48,519 nt of DNA, taken from positions 1 through 48,519 of IMG/VR virus record IMGVR_UViG_3300049004_000093. One strand, 5' to 3'. The translations under genes and the position numbers were made by a program. This document shows, one piece after another, positions 1-8,564 of the stretch. How positions within the stretch are numbered: the stretch's first letter is position 1; each line of letters starts with the position of its first letter. Origin of the DNA: a virus. Lineage: Duplodnaviria > Caudoviricetes. A model generated the notes under the pieces. The model was not told the DNA's origin. It saw only the letters and a program-made list of their open reading frames with translations, and did no database searches.

Positions 1-2416
1 ACCCCGTGAGGGCCGACTGGCCCGCGGCGCTGCCGGTGAGGTCGGCCAGGGCGCCGAGCCCCTTGTCCAGGGCGGCGAAGAGCTGGTCGCCGAAGGGCCG
101 GGCCGCGTGGCCGATGTCGACCAGGATCGACAACAGCGAGTGCCCGATGGACAAGACCCGGGCGAAGGCGTCGCCGGCGTGGTCGAAGAAGGAGGCCAGG
201 GAACCGGTCTCCCGCCCCAGCGCCACCGCGTTGAGGAAGGCCTGGGACATGTTGACCGCCATCTCGCCCAGCCGGGCGGTCATGGGCTCGGCGGCCACGG
301 TCACGTGGCGGAAGGCGTCCACCAGCAGCAGGCCGGCGGTGCCGAAGCGCCCGATGAGGGAGGTGTTGGCCGTCATGATCGAGGCCAGGTCGGTACGGAA
401 GCCCGGCGAGGTCACCAGCTCGGCGAAGCGCAGCCCCAGGTTGCCGATCACACCCGCGGTCTGGCCCACCGCGGCCGAGACGGTGGGCATGAGGCCCTTG
501 ATCCGCTCCAGGCCGGCGACAAGGGGGGGGAACATCCCCTCGGCCGCGGTGGCGCGCAGGTCGGCCAGGAGGGGCTTGAACGACAGCAGCTCGCGCACGA
601 AGGCCTGGGCCGGGGCCGACAGCTTCGACATGGCCTCGGCGAATTTGTCGACCGCGGCGGTGCCGACGTCGGCCTCCGCACCGGCCTCCCCCAGCCGGCG
701 CAGGGCCAGGTCGAGGGCGTGGGAGGCGTCGGCGACCGCCTTCTGGCTGTCGGCCGCCGACCGGTCGCTGTCGCGCAGGGACCGCTGCAGCCCCACCACC
801 GCGTCGGACACCGCCTTCTGGCTGTCGATGGCGGCCTGGGCCCCGTCGCGGTAGGCCCGGGTCAGCTCCCGGGTCGAGTCGGCGACGCCGTGCTGGGCGT
901 CGATCACAGACTGGTTGGCGTCGGCCTCGGCCTTCTTGGCCGCCACCACCTGGTCGGACCCCTCGACGCCCTTGGCCCGCAGCTCGTTGAGCTTCTCCTC
1001 GTCGTCGCCCCGCTTGTCCTGGATCTCCTTGAGGCTCAGCTCGGCGTCGGCCACGTCGAGGGCCGCGGCCCGCCGCTCGAGCGACGTGGACTTGGCATCG
1101 CGGGCCAGGTCGGACTGGCGCTTGCGGGCCTCCTCGATGTTGAGGGCGGCCCGTCGCTCGCTCAGGGCCGACCGCTCGACGGTGAGGGTCTGCTCCTCGA
1201 GCTGCTCGGCCGCATCGCGGCGGGCCGCGGCCAGCCGCTCCTGGGTGACGATGGCGGCTTCCTGGGCCTGGCGCAGGGTCCGCTCGGCCGCGGCCATGCC
1301 GTCCTCGGCCGAGCGGATGCGCTCGGCCGAGGCCTCGGCGCTGTCGGCCGCCGCCCGCTGGGCCCGCTCCACCTGGTCGGAGGCGGCCGCCACCCGCTCC
1401 GCGGATCGCTCGGCGTTGTCGCCCACCGCGGCCTCGGCCTGGGCCAGGCGGTCGGAGGCCGACCGGACCCCCTCGGCCGCCGCCTCCTGGGTCCGGGCCG
1501 CGGACAGGGCCGAGCGCGCCGCCGCCCCCGCGGACTGGCCGGCGGAGTCCTGCTGGGTGGCGTAGGCCTTCAGGGCGTCGCCGATCCCCCCCGTGGCCAG
1601 CTTGACGACCCCGAAGCCCTGGCCTGCTGCGGCCAGAAGGCCCGGAAGCGCCCCCAGGATGCCCACCGCGGGGGCCAGGGCGGCCAGAAGCTCCACCGCC
1701 GCCGTGGCCATGGCGGCCAGGCCGGAGGCGGCCAGGAGGGCCTCGGAGGCCATGCGGCCGAAGTTGAGGGCCCCCACCACCACCCCCAGCGTCCCGATCT
1801 CCGCCACCCCGCCGGAGATGGAGCCGAAGAAGGTGTCGAGGCTGGCCCGGATGGTCGACATGTCCAGGTGCACGGGGACGTCGACGCGCTGTCCCACGGA
1901 GGCCACGGCGGTGGCCCGGGTGATCTCGCCCCGCAGGCCCCGGGACTCCGCCGACACCGGCACGTCGATCCGCTCCCCGCCCGAGGCCTCGGTGGCGGCC
2001 CGGCGCACCTCCCCGCGCAGCCCGCTGCCGTCGGCGGTGACGTTGACCGACGCGCTGGCCCCGGCCGACGCCGCCGCCGCGGCCCGCCGGACCTCGTCGC
2101 GCAAGCCCCCGCTGTCGGCGCTGACGGGGACGTCGATGTCGAGGTTGACCCCCGCCGCCGCCGCGGCCCGCCGGGTCTCGGCCCGCAGGCTGGCCGCCCC
2201 CGCGTCGCCCAGGCGGATCTTGGCCGCGATGTCGGCGCCGGCCGAGGCCTCGGTGGCGGCCCGGCGCACGTCGTTGCGCAGCCCGGCCCCGTCCGCGGCC
2301 AGGCGGATGGCGGCCTTGATCCCGGCCACCGCGGCCTGGATCGAGCGGTTGGCCTCGGTCCGGAAGGTGCCCGGCTCGGGCCGCAGCTCGATGAAGGCCT
2401 CGGCGATGCGGGCCAT
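1..2416 (-). CDS. Tail tape measure protein (N-terminal part; runs off the left edge)
   Basis: ATG at 2416 (MARIAEAFIELRP...). Long Ala-rich, coiled-coil frame directly after the tail assembly chaperones. Absent from the ORF track, consistent with no stop inside the window. Confidence 0.85.
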   Translation of the reverse strand, partial: MARIAEAFIELRPEPGTFRTEANRSIQAAVAGIKAAIRLAADGAGLRNDVRRAATEASAGADIAAKIRLGDAGAASLRAETRRAAAAAGVNLDIDVPVSADSGGLRDEVRRAAAAASAGASASVNVTADGSGLRGEVRRAATEASGGERIDVPVSAESRGLRGEITRATAVASVGQRVDVPVHLDMSTIRASLDTFFGSISGGVAEIGTLGVVVGALNFGRMASEALLAASGLAAMATAAVELLAALAPAVGILGALPGLLAAAGQGFGVVKLATGGIGDALKAYATQQDSAGQSAGAAARSALSAARTQEAAAEGVRSASDRLAQAEAAVGDNAERSAERVAAASDQVERAQRAAADSAEASAERIRSAEDGMAAAERTLRQAQEAAIVTQERLAAARRDAAEQLEEQTLTVERSALSERRAALNIEEARKRQSDLARDAKSTSLERRAAALDVADAELSLKEIQDKRGDDEEKLNELRAKGVEGSDQVVAAKKAEADANQSVIDAQHGVADSTRELTRAYRDGAQAAIDSQKAVSDAVVGLQRSLRDSDRSAADSQKAVADASHALDLALRRLGEAGAEADVGTAAVDKFAEAMSKLSAPAQAFVRELLSFKPLLADLRATAAEGMFPPLVAGLERIKGLMPTVSAAVGQTAGVIGNLGLRFAELVTSPGFRTDLASIMTANTSLIGRFGTAGLLLVDAFRHVTVAAEPMTARLGEMAVNMSQAFLNAVALGRETGSLASFFDHAGDAFARVLSIGHSLLSILVDIGHAARPFGDQLFAALDKGLGALADLTGSAAGQSALTG

Positions 2417-2755
2417 CTACGCCTCGTCGACCACGACGTCGCCGCCGAAGCCCCGGATGGCGTCCAGGCGCTCGGGGGCCCCCCGCCCGTCGGGCAGGTC
2501 CGGCACCGCGGCCAGCGCCCGCCGTCCCCGGCCCAGGGCGCGGGGCGCGGCAGTGGGCCGGCGGGCCAGGGAGCCGTCGAAGGCGGCCCGGTCGGCGGCG
2601 CTCAGGCCCTCGGTGGCGGCCGCGTACACGGCGTTGAGCAGCCGGCGGCCGCTCAGCTGCTCGAGGGGGCCGGCGCCGCTGAGACCACGCCGTCCGTCGA
2701 GGAGTGCCCATTGGTCGAGGGCGATGCGGCCGAGGCCGACGACGGCGTGGTAGGG
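2417..2755 (-). CDS. Tail assembly chaperone C-terminal extension (gpT-like, probably reached by -1 frameshift)
   Basis: Overlapping -1 frame (PYHAVVGLGRIALDQW...VVVDEA) between the chaperone and the tape measure gene, with no obvious start of its own. Confidence 0.55.
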   Translation of the reverse strand, partial: PYHAVVGLGRIALDQWALLDGRRGLSGAGPLEQLSGRRLLNAVYAAATEGLSAADRAAFDGSLARRPTAAPRALGRGRRALAAVPDLPDGRGAPERLDAIRGFGGDVVVDEA

Positions 2756-3111
2756 CGCCCGAACAGCAGGGGCATGATGTCGCGGGCGATGTGCAGGATC
2801 AGCTCCAGGCCCACGTTGCGGCGCCGGACGACCTTGCGGAAGCGGCGCCACTCGCCCGAGGGCAGGACCGCGGCCATGAACTCGTAGAGGGCGGCGAGGG
2901 CGGCCATGTTGGCGCCCTGGTCCTCGTCGTCGGCCGAGTCCTGGTCGGTGCCGGCCTTGGCCAGCTCCATGATGACCAGTCCGTCCACCTCGACCTTGGT
3001 GGCGAAGCGCTCGCCGCACAGGCCGAAGGTGACGGGGCGGTCGGCGGCCTCGCGCCGCGCCGGCTCGTACTGGCCGTCCGGCTGGGCCGGCGGCACGTAG
3101 TCGCTGGCCAC
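2653..3111 (-). CDS. Tail assembly chaperone (gpG-like)
   Basis: Sits between the major tail and tape measure genes. Ends in the GRPT...SS motif seen in actinophage chaperones. Confidence 0.7.
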   Translation of the reverse strand: MASDYVPPAQPDGQYEPARREAADRPVTFGLCGERFATKVEVDGLVIMELAKAGTDQDSADDEDQGANMAALAALYEFMAAVLPSGEWRRFRKVVRRRNVGLELILHIARDIMPLLFGRPTTPSSASAASPSTNGHSSTDGVVSAAPAPSSS

Positions 3112-3113
3112 GG

Positions 3114-3878
3114 CTACGCCGCGACGCGGCTGGTGGCGAAGAAGTGCCGGAACGGGGCCAGGCCCGCGCTGGGCTGCTCGAGGGAGAACTCGGCGGCCAG
3201 CTTGGCGTAGTCGGCGCCCTTCTTGCGGGCGGTCTCCGAGCCGCCCGTCTGCATGCAGCGCCGCCAGATGGCCCGCTCCAGGCCGTCCTCGGAGTCCCAG
3301 CCCAGCATGATCCGGGTCTCGGTGCCCACCGCGGGGGGCTCGATGTAGGAGCCCCAGCGGCCGACCACGGTGACGCTGGCGCCCGCGGCGGTGGCGGTGG
3401 CGTTGGCGCTCATGACCACGACGGTGGCGCTGGTGCGGGACAGGATCGTGGTGCCCGGGGGGATGCTGGCGTGCGTGACCGTCTTGCCCACGTCATCCGC
3501 GGTCCAGGCCGCGGAGGCCGAGGACAGGTTGGGCGACGCGTTGGTGATGGCCGCGTCGGTGAGCACCGCGTCGTCGGTGACGACGGTGCCGCCGTTGAGG
3601 CGGAGCTTGAAGTGGGCCAGCGTCAGCTCGGCCATGGCGAAGGCGACCTTGGTGTCTCGCTTGGTGGTGACGCGGCGCACCGGGTCAACCAGCTCGGCCA
3701 CCTCGACGTCGTCGACGGACAGCGACGAGTTGAAGGTGTGGCCCTCGGAGGTGTAGCCGACCTGGACCCATCCCGAGGGCCAGGCGGCGACCCGGGTGGC
3801 GGGCTCGGCGGTGCCCAGCGGCGCGTAGCGCAGCAGACCTGGGCCGGTGGTGACGTTGGCGACATCGGGGGACGGCAT
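3114..3878 (-). CDS. Major tail tube protein, with an inserted Thr/Ala-rich beta domain
   Basis: GPG...APLGT.EP...W..VGYT.EG..F pattern of actinophage tail tube proteins; GGAG SD; synteny. Confidence 0.8.
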   Translation of the reverse strand: MPSPDVANVTTGPGLLRYAPLGTAEPATRVAAWPSGWVQVGYTSEGHTFNSSLSVDDVEVAELVDPVRRVTTKRDTKVAFAMAELTLAHFKLRLNGGTVVTDDAVLTDAAITNASPNLSSASAAWTADDVGKTVTHASIPPGTTILSRTSATVVVMSANATATAAGASVTVVGRWGSYIEPPAVGTETRIMLGWDSEDGLERAIWRRCMQTGGSETARKKGADYAKLAAEFSLEQPSAGLAPFRHFFATSRVAA

Positions 3879-3898
3879 GAGCTAGGGCTCCTCAGCTC

Positions 3899-4222
3899 TC
3901 AGGGGGTGGGTGGTGCGTTGCGCCCCTTCGTCGGGGCTGCGGCGCTCGCCTGCGGCGGCGGGGCCGTGGTGCTGGCGCCCGAAGGCGCGGTGGTGCCGGT
4001 GCCGCCGACGGGCGGCGTCTCGACGCTGACCTTGAGCTCGGTGTCGGAGAAGTCCGGGTCGGCCTCGTCGCGGCCGAGCACGGGCGGGGCGTCGGTGCCG
4101 TCGAGCAGGCCGAGGCGGCGGGCCACGTCCACCGGGATGGGGTCGCCCGGGTTGTAGGCCCGCACGCCGTCGATGCGGATCACGTCAGGCGCCTCGATGT
4201 GTGCGTACGGGACTGCGGCCAT
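3899..4222 (-). CDS. Small virion-associated protein (RAYNPGDPIP module plus Pro/Thr-rich tail)
   Basis: ATG at 4222 after AGGAGG. Its N-terminus is paralogous to that of 5494-7446. Confidence 0.65.
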   Translation of the reverse strand: MAAVPYAHIEAPDVIRIDGVRAYNPGDPIPVDVARRLGLLDGTDAPPVLGRDEADPDFSDTELKVSVETPPVGGTGTTAPSGASTTAPPPQASAAAPTKGRNAPPTP

Positions 4223-4231
4223 CGACGTCCT

Positions 4232-4303
4232 CCTGAACGACAGAAGGGCCACCCCTCCCCGCGCCACGAAGGCATCGGGGACGAGTGGCCCTTGGGCTCT
4301 CGA
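4232..4303 (-). promoter_or_regulatory. Structured 5' leader RNA, copy 1
   Basis: AAGGGCCACYC/GGGTGGCCCTT stem. A 22-nt block (4282-4303) is identical to 15047-15068. Confidence 0.6.
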
Positions 4304-4314
4304 CTCAGGGACGG

Positions 4315-4351
4315 ACGGTAGGGGGAGGTGGGTACGGCGCGGGGGAGGTGG
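4315..4351 (-). promoter_or_regulatory. Putative late promoter (CCACCTCCC-N22-TACCGT)
   Basis: Same motif and spacing at 15077-15113, 20944-20980 and 23943-23978. Confidence 0.65.
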
Positions 4352-4354
4352 GCT

Positions 4355-4792
4355 CTACGCCAGCCTCAGTGCGAACGCGATGTCGAGGGTGTAGCGCGAC
4401 CTCCGGTCGACGGGTGAGGGCTGCCACGTCGGCCCGCTCTCCACCTCGGCGCCCAGGCACACCACGCCGGTGGCGACCAGGGTCCCCGATGCCAGGCTCT
4501 CGGCCGCGCCCACCAGAGCGTTGGCGATGGTGGCCAGGGCCATCTTGTCGCTGGGCGGCCGCCCGACCTCCGGGGTGACGCCGAGCACGTCGAACTGGAT
4601 CACCGGGCGATCGACAGGGACGCCCCGCACCGGGCGGCCGGCGACACGCGCCAGCACCACCAGGGGGAAGGTGGTGCCCTTCACCGGCACGCCGAAGAAC
4701 ACCCGCTGACCCAGGCCGGACAGGTTGAGGGCCCGGGCCCAGGCCCGGGCACTTCCCTCGGCGTCTGGAAACGCGTAGGTGAGCGCCGGCAT
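4355..4792 (-). CDS. Tail terminator/completion protein
   Basis: MPALTYAFPDAE...P.IQFDV...RY; lies between the HK97 gp10-like gene and the tail tube gene. Confidence 0.65.
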   Translation of the reverse strand: MPALTYAFPDAEGSARAWARALNLSGLGQRVFFGVPVKGTTFPLVVLARVAGRPVRGVPVDRPVIQFDVLGVTPEVGRPPSDKMALATIANALVGAAESLASGTLVATGVVCLGAEVESGPTWQPSPVDRRSRYTLDIAFALRLA

Positions 4793-5223
4793 CAGTCGTC
4801 GAAGGCGTCGAGGGCGGGGCGCAGGAAGGGCTGGGCGTGCATGCCTCGGATCGAGCGCACCACCACCTTCTGCCCGCCGGCCGCGGTGAAGGCCAGGGCC
4901 TGCTTCGACGTCGGGGTGATGCGGTGGCCCTTGGACCGCGACGGGGCAATGCCCTCGACGGTCTCTTCGAACAGGCCCGTCCCCCGCTCCACGTCCAGGG
5001 CGTAGTCGACGTTGGTCCCCACCCGGCCGTAGAGGCCCTCGGCGTCGCGGCCCACCTCGTGGTCGATCGAGCCCCGTAGCCGGTCCTCGTCCACCGGGCA
5101 CAGCTCCACCGCCCGGGCCTCCACCGCCAGGGTGCGGCGCAGGAGGTCGCGACCCACTGGCCCGTCGGGCGACTCGAGCAGGGCGTGCAGGCCGGCGTCG
5201 TCGAGGACTACGCGGTTGGGCAT
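4792..5223 (-). CDS. HK97 gp10-like tail component
   Basis: CPVD..RLRGSI, VGTNVDYALDVERGT and AQPFLRPAL motifs. Confidence 0.8.
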   Translation of the reverse strand: MPNRVVLDDAGLHALLESPDGPVGRDLLRRTLAVEARAVELCPVDEDRLRGSIDHEVGRDAEGLYGRVGTNVDYALDVERGTGLFEETVEGIAPSRSKGHRITPTSKQALAFTAAGGQKVVVRSIRGMHAQPFLRPALDAFDD

Positions 5224-5239
5224 CTACGTGGGCGCCGGC

Positions 5240-5497
5240 TCACGTCTTCGGCGGATGGCGCCGGCCTGCGGGATTCGGCGTCACGGGCGGCGTCACGGGC
5301 GGCGTGGCGGGCGCCTGGCTCGCCTCGAACTGCGCCTCGAACTGGGCGACGGCAGCGGCCATCGCCTCCTGCACCATGGGCCACTGCTCGACGGTCACCT
5401 GCGACGACTGCACGTTGATGGGCACAAGGGTGTCGCCGTCGTCGACCACCAGGAGGGGCTGGACGACGTAGCCCAGGACGCGGACGCGAGCGCTCAC
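5240..5497 (-). CDS. Hypothetical protein
   Basis: GTGA overlap with the upstream gene; good codon usage. Confidence 0.5.
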   Translation of the reverse strand: MSARVRVLGYVVQPLLVVDDGDTLVPINVQSSQVTVEQWPMVQEAMAAAVAQFEAQFEASQAPATPPVTPPVTPNPAGRRHPPKT

Positions 5498-7446
5498 GCC
5501 ACCGTCACCGTGGCCGACTTCAGGGCGCCCGACACGCGGCTCGTGACGATGAGGTTGCCGCTGGCGTCAGTGGACAGGGCGGTCTCGCCGTCAGCCATGT
5601 TGGCGAGCGACGGCGCGGTGGCGACCTTGGTGATGAAGCGGCCCTGCCCGTCGAAGCGGCCGAGGGTGGCCGCGCCACCGCTGCTCTCCAGCCGAATGAT
5701 GTCGAAGCCGGTGGCGCCGGTCGCCGAGGCCGCGGCCTGGAAGCGCGAGATCAGGTTCAGGGCGGACGCCCCGACCACGAGGGCCGCCGAGTTGTCGGAC
5801 ACGTTGACCGAGATGCCCCGGCTGGCGAAGAAGTTGAGGCAGCCCACGCCGCTCTGGGAGATCTGGCTCTGGCTGGCGCTGACCGTGTAGAACTGCGCCG
5901 TCGACGCCGACCCCCCGTGGCCGAGGACGAGCGACGCGCTCTGGCCGGTCGGGCTCTGGATGCCGATCGACGACGGCAGGCCGGTGAAGGCGTTCAGGGT
6001 GAAGGCGCTCTTGCCCAGCGAGGCGAACTGGGTCCCGGTGTCCCAATCCAGGAACGACAAGGACTGCACCGACAGCGAGAACTGCGTCAGCTGGCCGGTG
6101 TCTCGTCGCCACTGGATCATGATCGGCCGCTGGCTGTTCATGGCGTTGGCCAGCGTGCCGCCGGGAGTGACGGCGTTGCCGGTGGCGAGCGTCGCCGTGC
6201 CTCCGGTGCAGCCGGTAAACGACGTGGAGGTCAGGCCGGTGTACTGCACCGTCGAGCCGCCGACCACGAGGACGCCCTTGGCGGGCCAGCCCGCCGTCGA
6301 GGCCACGTTGACGGTGGCCTGGGGCAGCGTGACGCCGTTCGACCCGGCGGCGACGGTGGTAGCCGCCGGCGTCGGGAACACCAGGTCCAGGTGCGCCTCC
6401 ATGGTGTGGGGAGGCTGGTTGTAGTCCGACTCCATCTGGAGATAGATGGCCGGCTCGGTGGCGATCTGGCACCCGCCGCCGGCGGAGACGTTGTAGCCCC
6501 AGATCGACACCGAGTCGGGGGTCCCGTTGAAGGTGGCGCCGGCCACGCCCCACACCCAGGCGCCGGGGGTGGCGTTCGGGGTGGTGATCTTGAGCGGCGT
6601 GATGAACTGGGTGACGGGGTTCTGGGTCTGCACCGCGAGCGCAAAGCGCGTGTCGAGCTGCGACAGCGGGAGGTCGCTGCTCTGGACCGTCCACACCGCG
6701 GTCGCCGACGCGTACTGGAGGATCGCCGCCTGGTTGAGCAGCGTGATGGTGCCCGAGGTGGGGCCGGTGGTGAGGTTGAGGTGGTCACTCCCCCCGCAGA
6801 CGAACGTGGCGACGTTGGTGGCGGAGGTGGCGACGAGCTTGATGCCGATGCGGGTGCCGTCGGCCGGCGCGGTGGGCAGGGTGACCGCCACCGACCCCCC
6901 CGAGGCGTCGACCAGGACGTAGTCCTTCGGTGCCGCGGTGTAGGGCGCCGTCTTGACCGCGGTGGCGGCCAGTCCTTGGGCGTAGACGCCGGACAGGTCG
7001 ACCGCCCCGGTCGCCCCGTTGACCGACGTCACGCCGCCGGCCCCACCGCCCGCCTGCACCCAGGTGCCCGGTGAGCCGGCGACGGTGCACACCCACACCT
7101 TCCCTGTGCGGTCGATGAGGAAGTCGCCCACCACGAAGCTCCCCGTGGTCGGGGCTCCGGACGTGGTGCCACCGACGTAGCGGGTGGGCGCGGTGGCCCC
7201 CGTCATCGACGGGGCGAAGGGCCCGGGCGACGCGGCGACCAGCGCGGCCACCGTGGCGGTGAGCACGCCGGCGTTGAGGATGACGTTGCTGCCCGACGAC
7301 GAGTAGGGGGGCAGCACGGGCAGGTCGCCCAGGCCCAGGCTCACCGCGGTGGCGACCGGGATGGGGTCGCCGGTGTTGTAGGCGCGGACGCCGCCGATGT
7401 TGATGGGGTACGGGGCCTCGACGTGGGCGTAGGGAACCTGGGCCAT
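5494..7446 (-). CDS. Large Gly/Thr/Ala-rich virion structural protein (fiber or decoration-like)
   Basis: 650 aa and beta-rich, with VTSVNGATGAVDL and KTAPYTA...VDASGGSVAVTLP motifs typical of phage fibers. Confidence 0.65.
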   Translation of the reverse strand: MAQVPYAHVEAPYPINIGGVRAYNTGDPIPVATAVSLGLGDLPVLPPYSSSGSNVILNAGVLTATVAALVAASPGPFAPSMTGATAPTRYVGGTTSGAPTTGSFVVGDFLIDRTGKVWVCTVAGSPGTWVQAGGGAGGVTSVNGATGAVDLSGVYAQGLAATAVKTAPYTAAPKDYVLVDASGGSVAVTLPTAPADGTRIGIKLVATSATNVATFVCGGSDHLNLTTGPTSGTITLLNQAAILQYASATAVWTVQSSDLPLSQLDTRFALAVQTQNPVTQFITPLKITTPNATPGAWVWGVAGATFNGTPDSVSIWGYNVSAGGGCQIATEPAIYLQMESDYNQPPHTMEAHLDLVFPTPAATTVAAGSNGVTLPQATVNVASTAGWPAKGVLVVGGSTVQYTGLTSTSFTGCTGGTATLATGNAVTPGGTLANAMNSQRPIMIQWRRDTGQLTQFSLSVQSLSFLDWDTGTQFASLGKSAFTLNAFTGLPSSIGIQSPTGQSASLVLGHGGSASTAQFYTVSASQSQISQSGVGCLNFFASRGISVNVSDNSAALVVGASALNLISRFQAAASATGATGFDIIRLESSGGAATLGRFDGQGRFITKVATAPSLANMADGETALSTDASGNLIVTSRVSGALKSATVTVA

Positions 7447-7791
7447 CTACGCCGCCCCCTCGATCTCGTCGACGCCGGCCACCACGTGGTCCAGGCCGCC
7501 GTCGCCGTCGGTGCGGGCCTTGGCCCACACCACCCCGTAGGGCTTGGCCGTCGTCTCGTCGACCACGGTGTCGTAGTGGCGAAGGTCGCACGGGTCGGCC
7601 AGCAGGCGCCAGTCGACGGCCTCGGCCGAGCCGGTCGGCCCCAGCTCGCGCCCGGCGGGCGACGAGAACACGGCCCGCACCCCGGTGGCGACGGTGACCG
7701 CCGCACCCTTGGCGTCGTAGGGGTCGGCCCCGTCGTCGGAGGCGGGAGGTCGGCGGATGGTGATGGTGGTGGTGGCCAGGGGAAGCGTCAC
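7447..7791 (-). CDS. Head-tail joining/stopper protein
   Basis: GTG at 7791 (MTLPLATTTITIRR...DLRHYDTVVD); synteny. Confidence 0.6.
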   Translation of the reverse strand: MTLPLATTTITIRRPPASDDGADPYDAKGAAVTVATGVRAVFSSPAGRELGPTGSAEAVDWRLLADPCDLRHYDTVVDETTAKPYGVVWAKARTDGDGGLDHVVAGVDEIEGAA

Positions 7792-8564
7792 CGCGCCCAC
7801 CCCCCGGCCCGGTCGGTCGTTCCCGGCCGGGCGTCCATCCCCTCGTAGAAGTAGGGGGGGACGAGGTCGCCGTCGGCGGTCATGGCCTCGGTCTCGGCGC
7901 GGGACATGCCCCCGGCCCACGGGATGGGGGCGGCCTCCCGGGCCAGCGCGGCGGCGGCCGAGGCGGCCAGGTCCCTGGCCAGGTCCCCGTACTGCTTGGC
8001 CCGCTGGGACAACGACTCGCGTACGTCGCCCACGCTCACGTCGACCACCCTGGCGTAGCGACCGGCCAGCGCCCCCGCGGCGGCGGCGGCGGCGCGGGCC
8101 ACGCCCGCGGCCTCGGCCAGGAACCACGCCACCTCGGCATCAGACAGGGAGAAGGGGGAGGCGGTGTCGCCCACCAGCAGGCGGACGCGGTCCACCGGGT
8201 TGGCCGCGGGGTCGTTGGTGTAGGTGCCGCCCGCCACCGCGAACCCGGCCACCACGGCCAGGGTGTCCACGGGGATCACGGGGACCTCGGGGTTGTCGGT
8301 GATCCGCAGCCACACCCGGTAGGTGGCCGGGGCCAAGGTGACGGTGCCGGTACCCGCGGGGCCGATCAGCACCCGGGCGTAGTGGGTGGAGTCCTCGGTC
8401 TCCCACGCCGCGGCCACGAAGTCGCCCGATGACGGCGCGGAGCCGTCGGCCTTGAAGGCCAGGGCCACCGGGTCGGTCGTGGGGTCGACTGCCGCCCCGG
8501 CCGCGCTCACCGCCACCGGCCAGCGCCGGTACTCCGTGCTCAGCACCGAGATGGGCTCAGCCAC
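7788..8564 (-). CDS. Head-to-tail adaptor with an N-terminal Ig/BppU-like domain
   Basis: GTG at 8564. TYTNDP...VDRVRLLVGDT...LSDAEV motif of head-tail connectors. Confidence 0.7.
   Translation of the reverse strand: MAEPISVLSTEYRRWPVAVSAAGAAVDPTTDPVALAFKADGSAPSSGDFVAAAWETEDSTHYARVLIGPAGTGTVTLAPATYRVWLRITDNPEVPVIPVDTLAVVAGFAVAGGTYTNDPAANPVDRVRLLVGDTASPFSLSDAEVAWFLAEAAGVARAAAAAAGALAGRYARVVDVSVGDVRESLSQRAKQYGDLARDLAASAAAALAREAAPIPWAGGMSRAETEAMTADGDLVPPYFYEGMDARPGTTDRAGGWAR

Noticed and set aside
6-2887. Long + strand ORFs here and opposite most minus-strand genes
   Set aside because: These are antisense shadows caused by high-GC codon bias. The minus strand carries the recognisable phage proteins.
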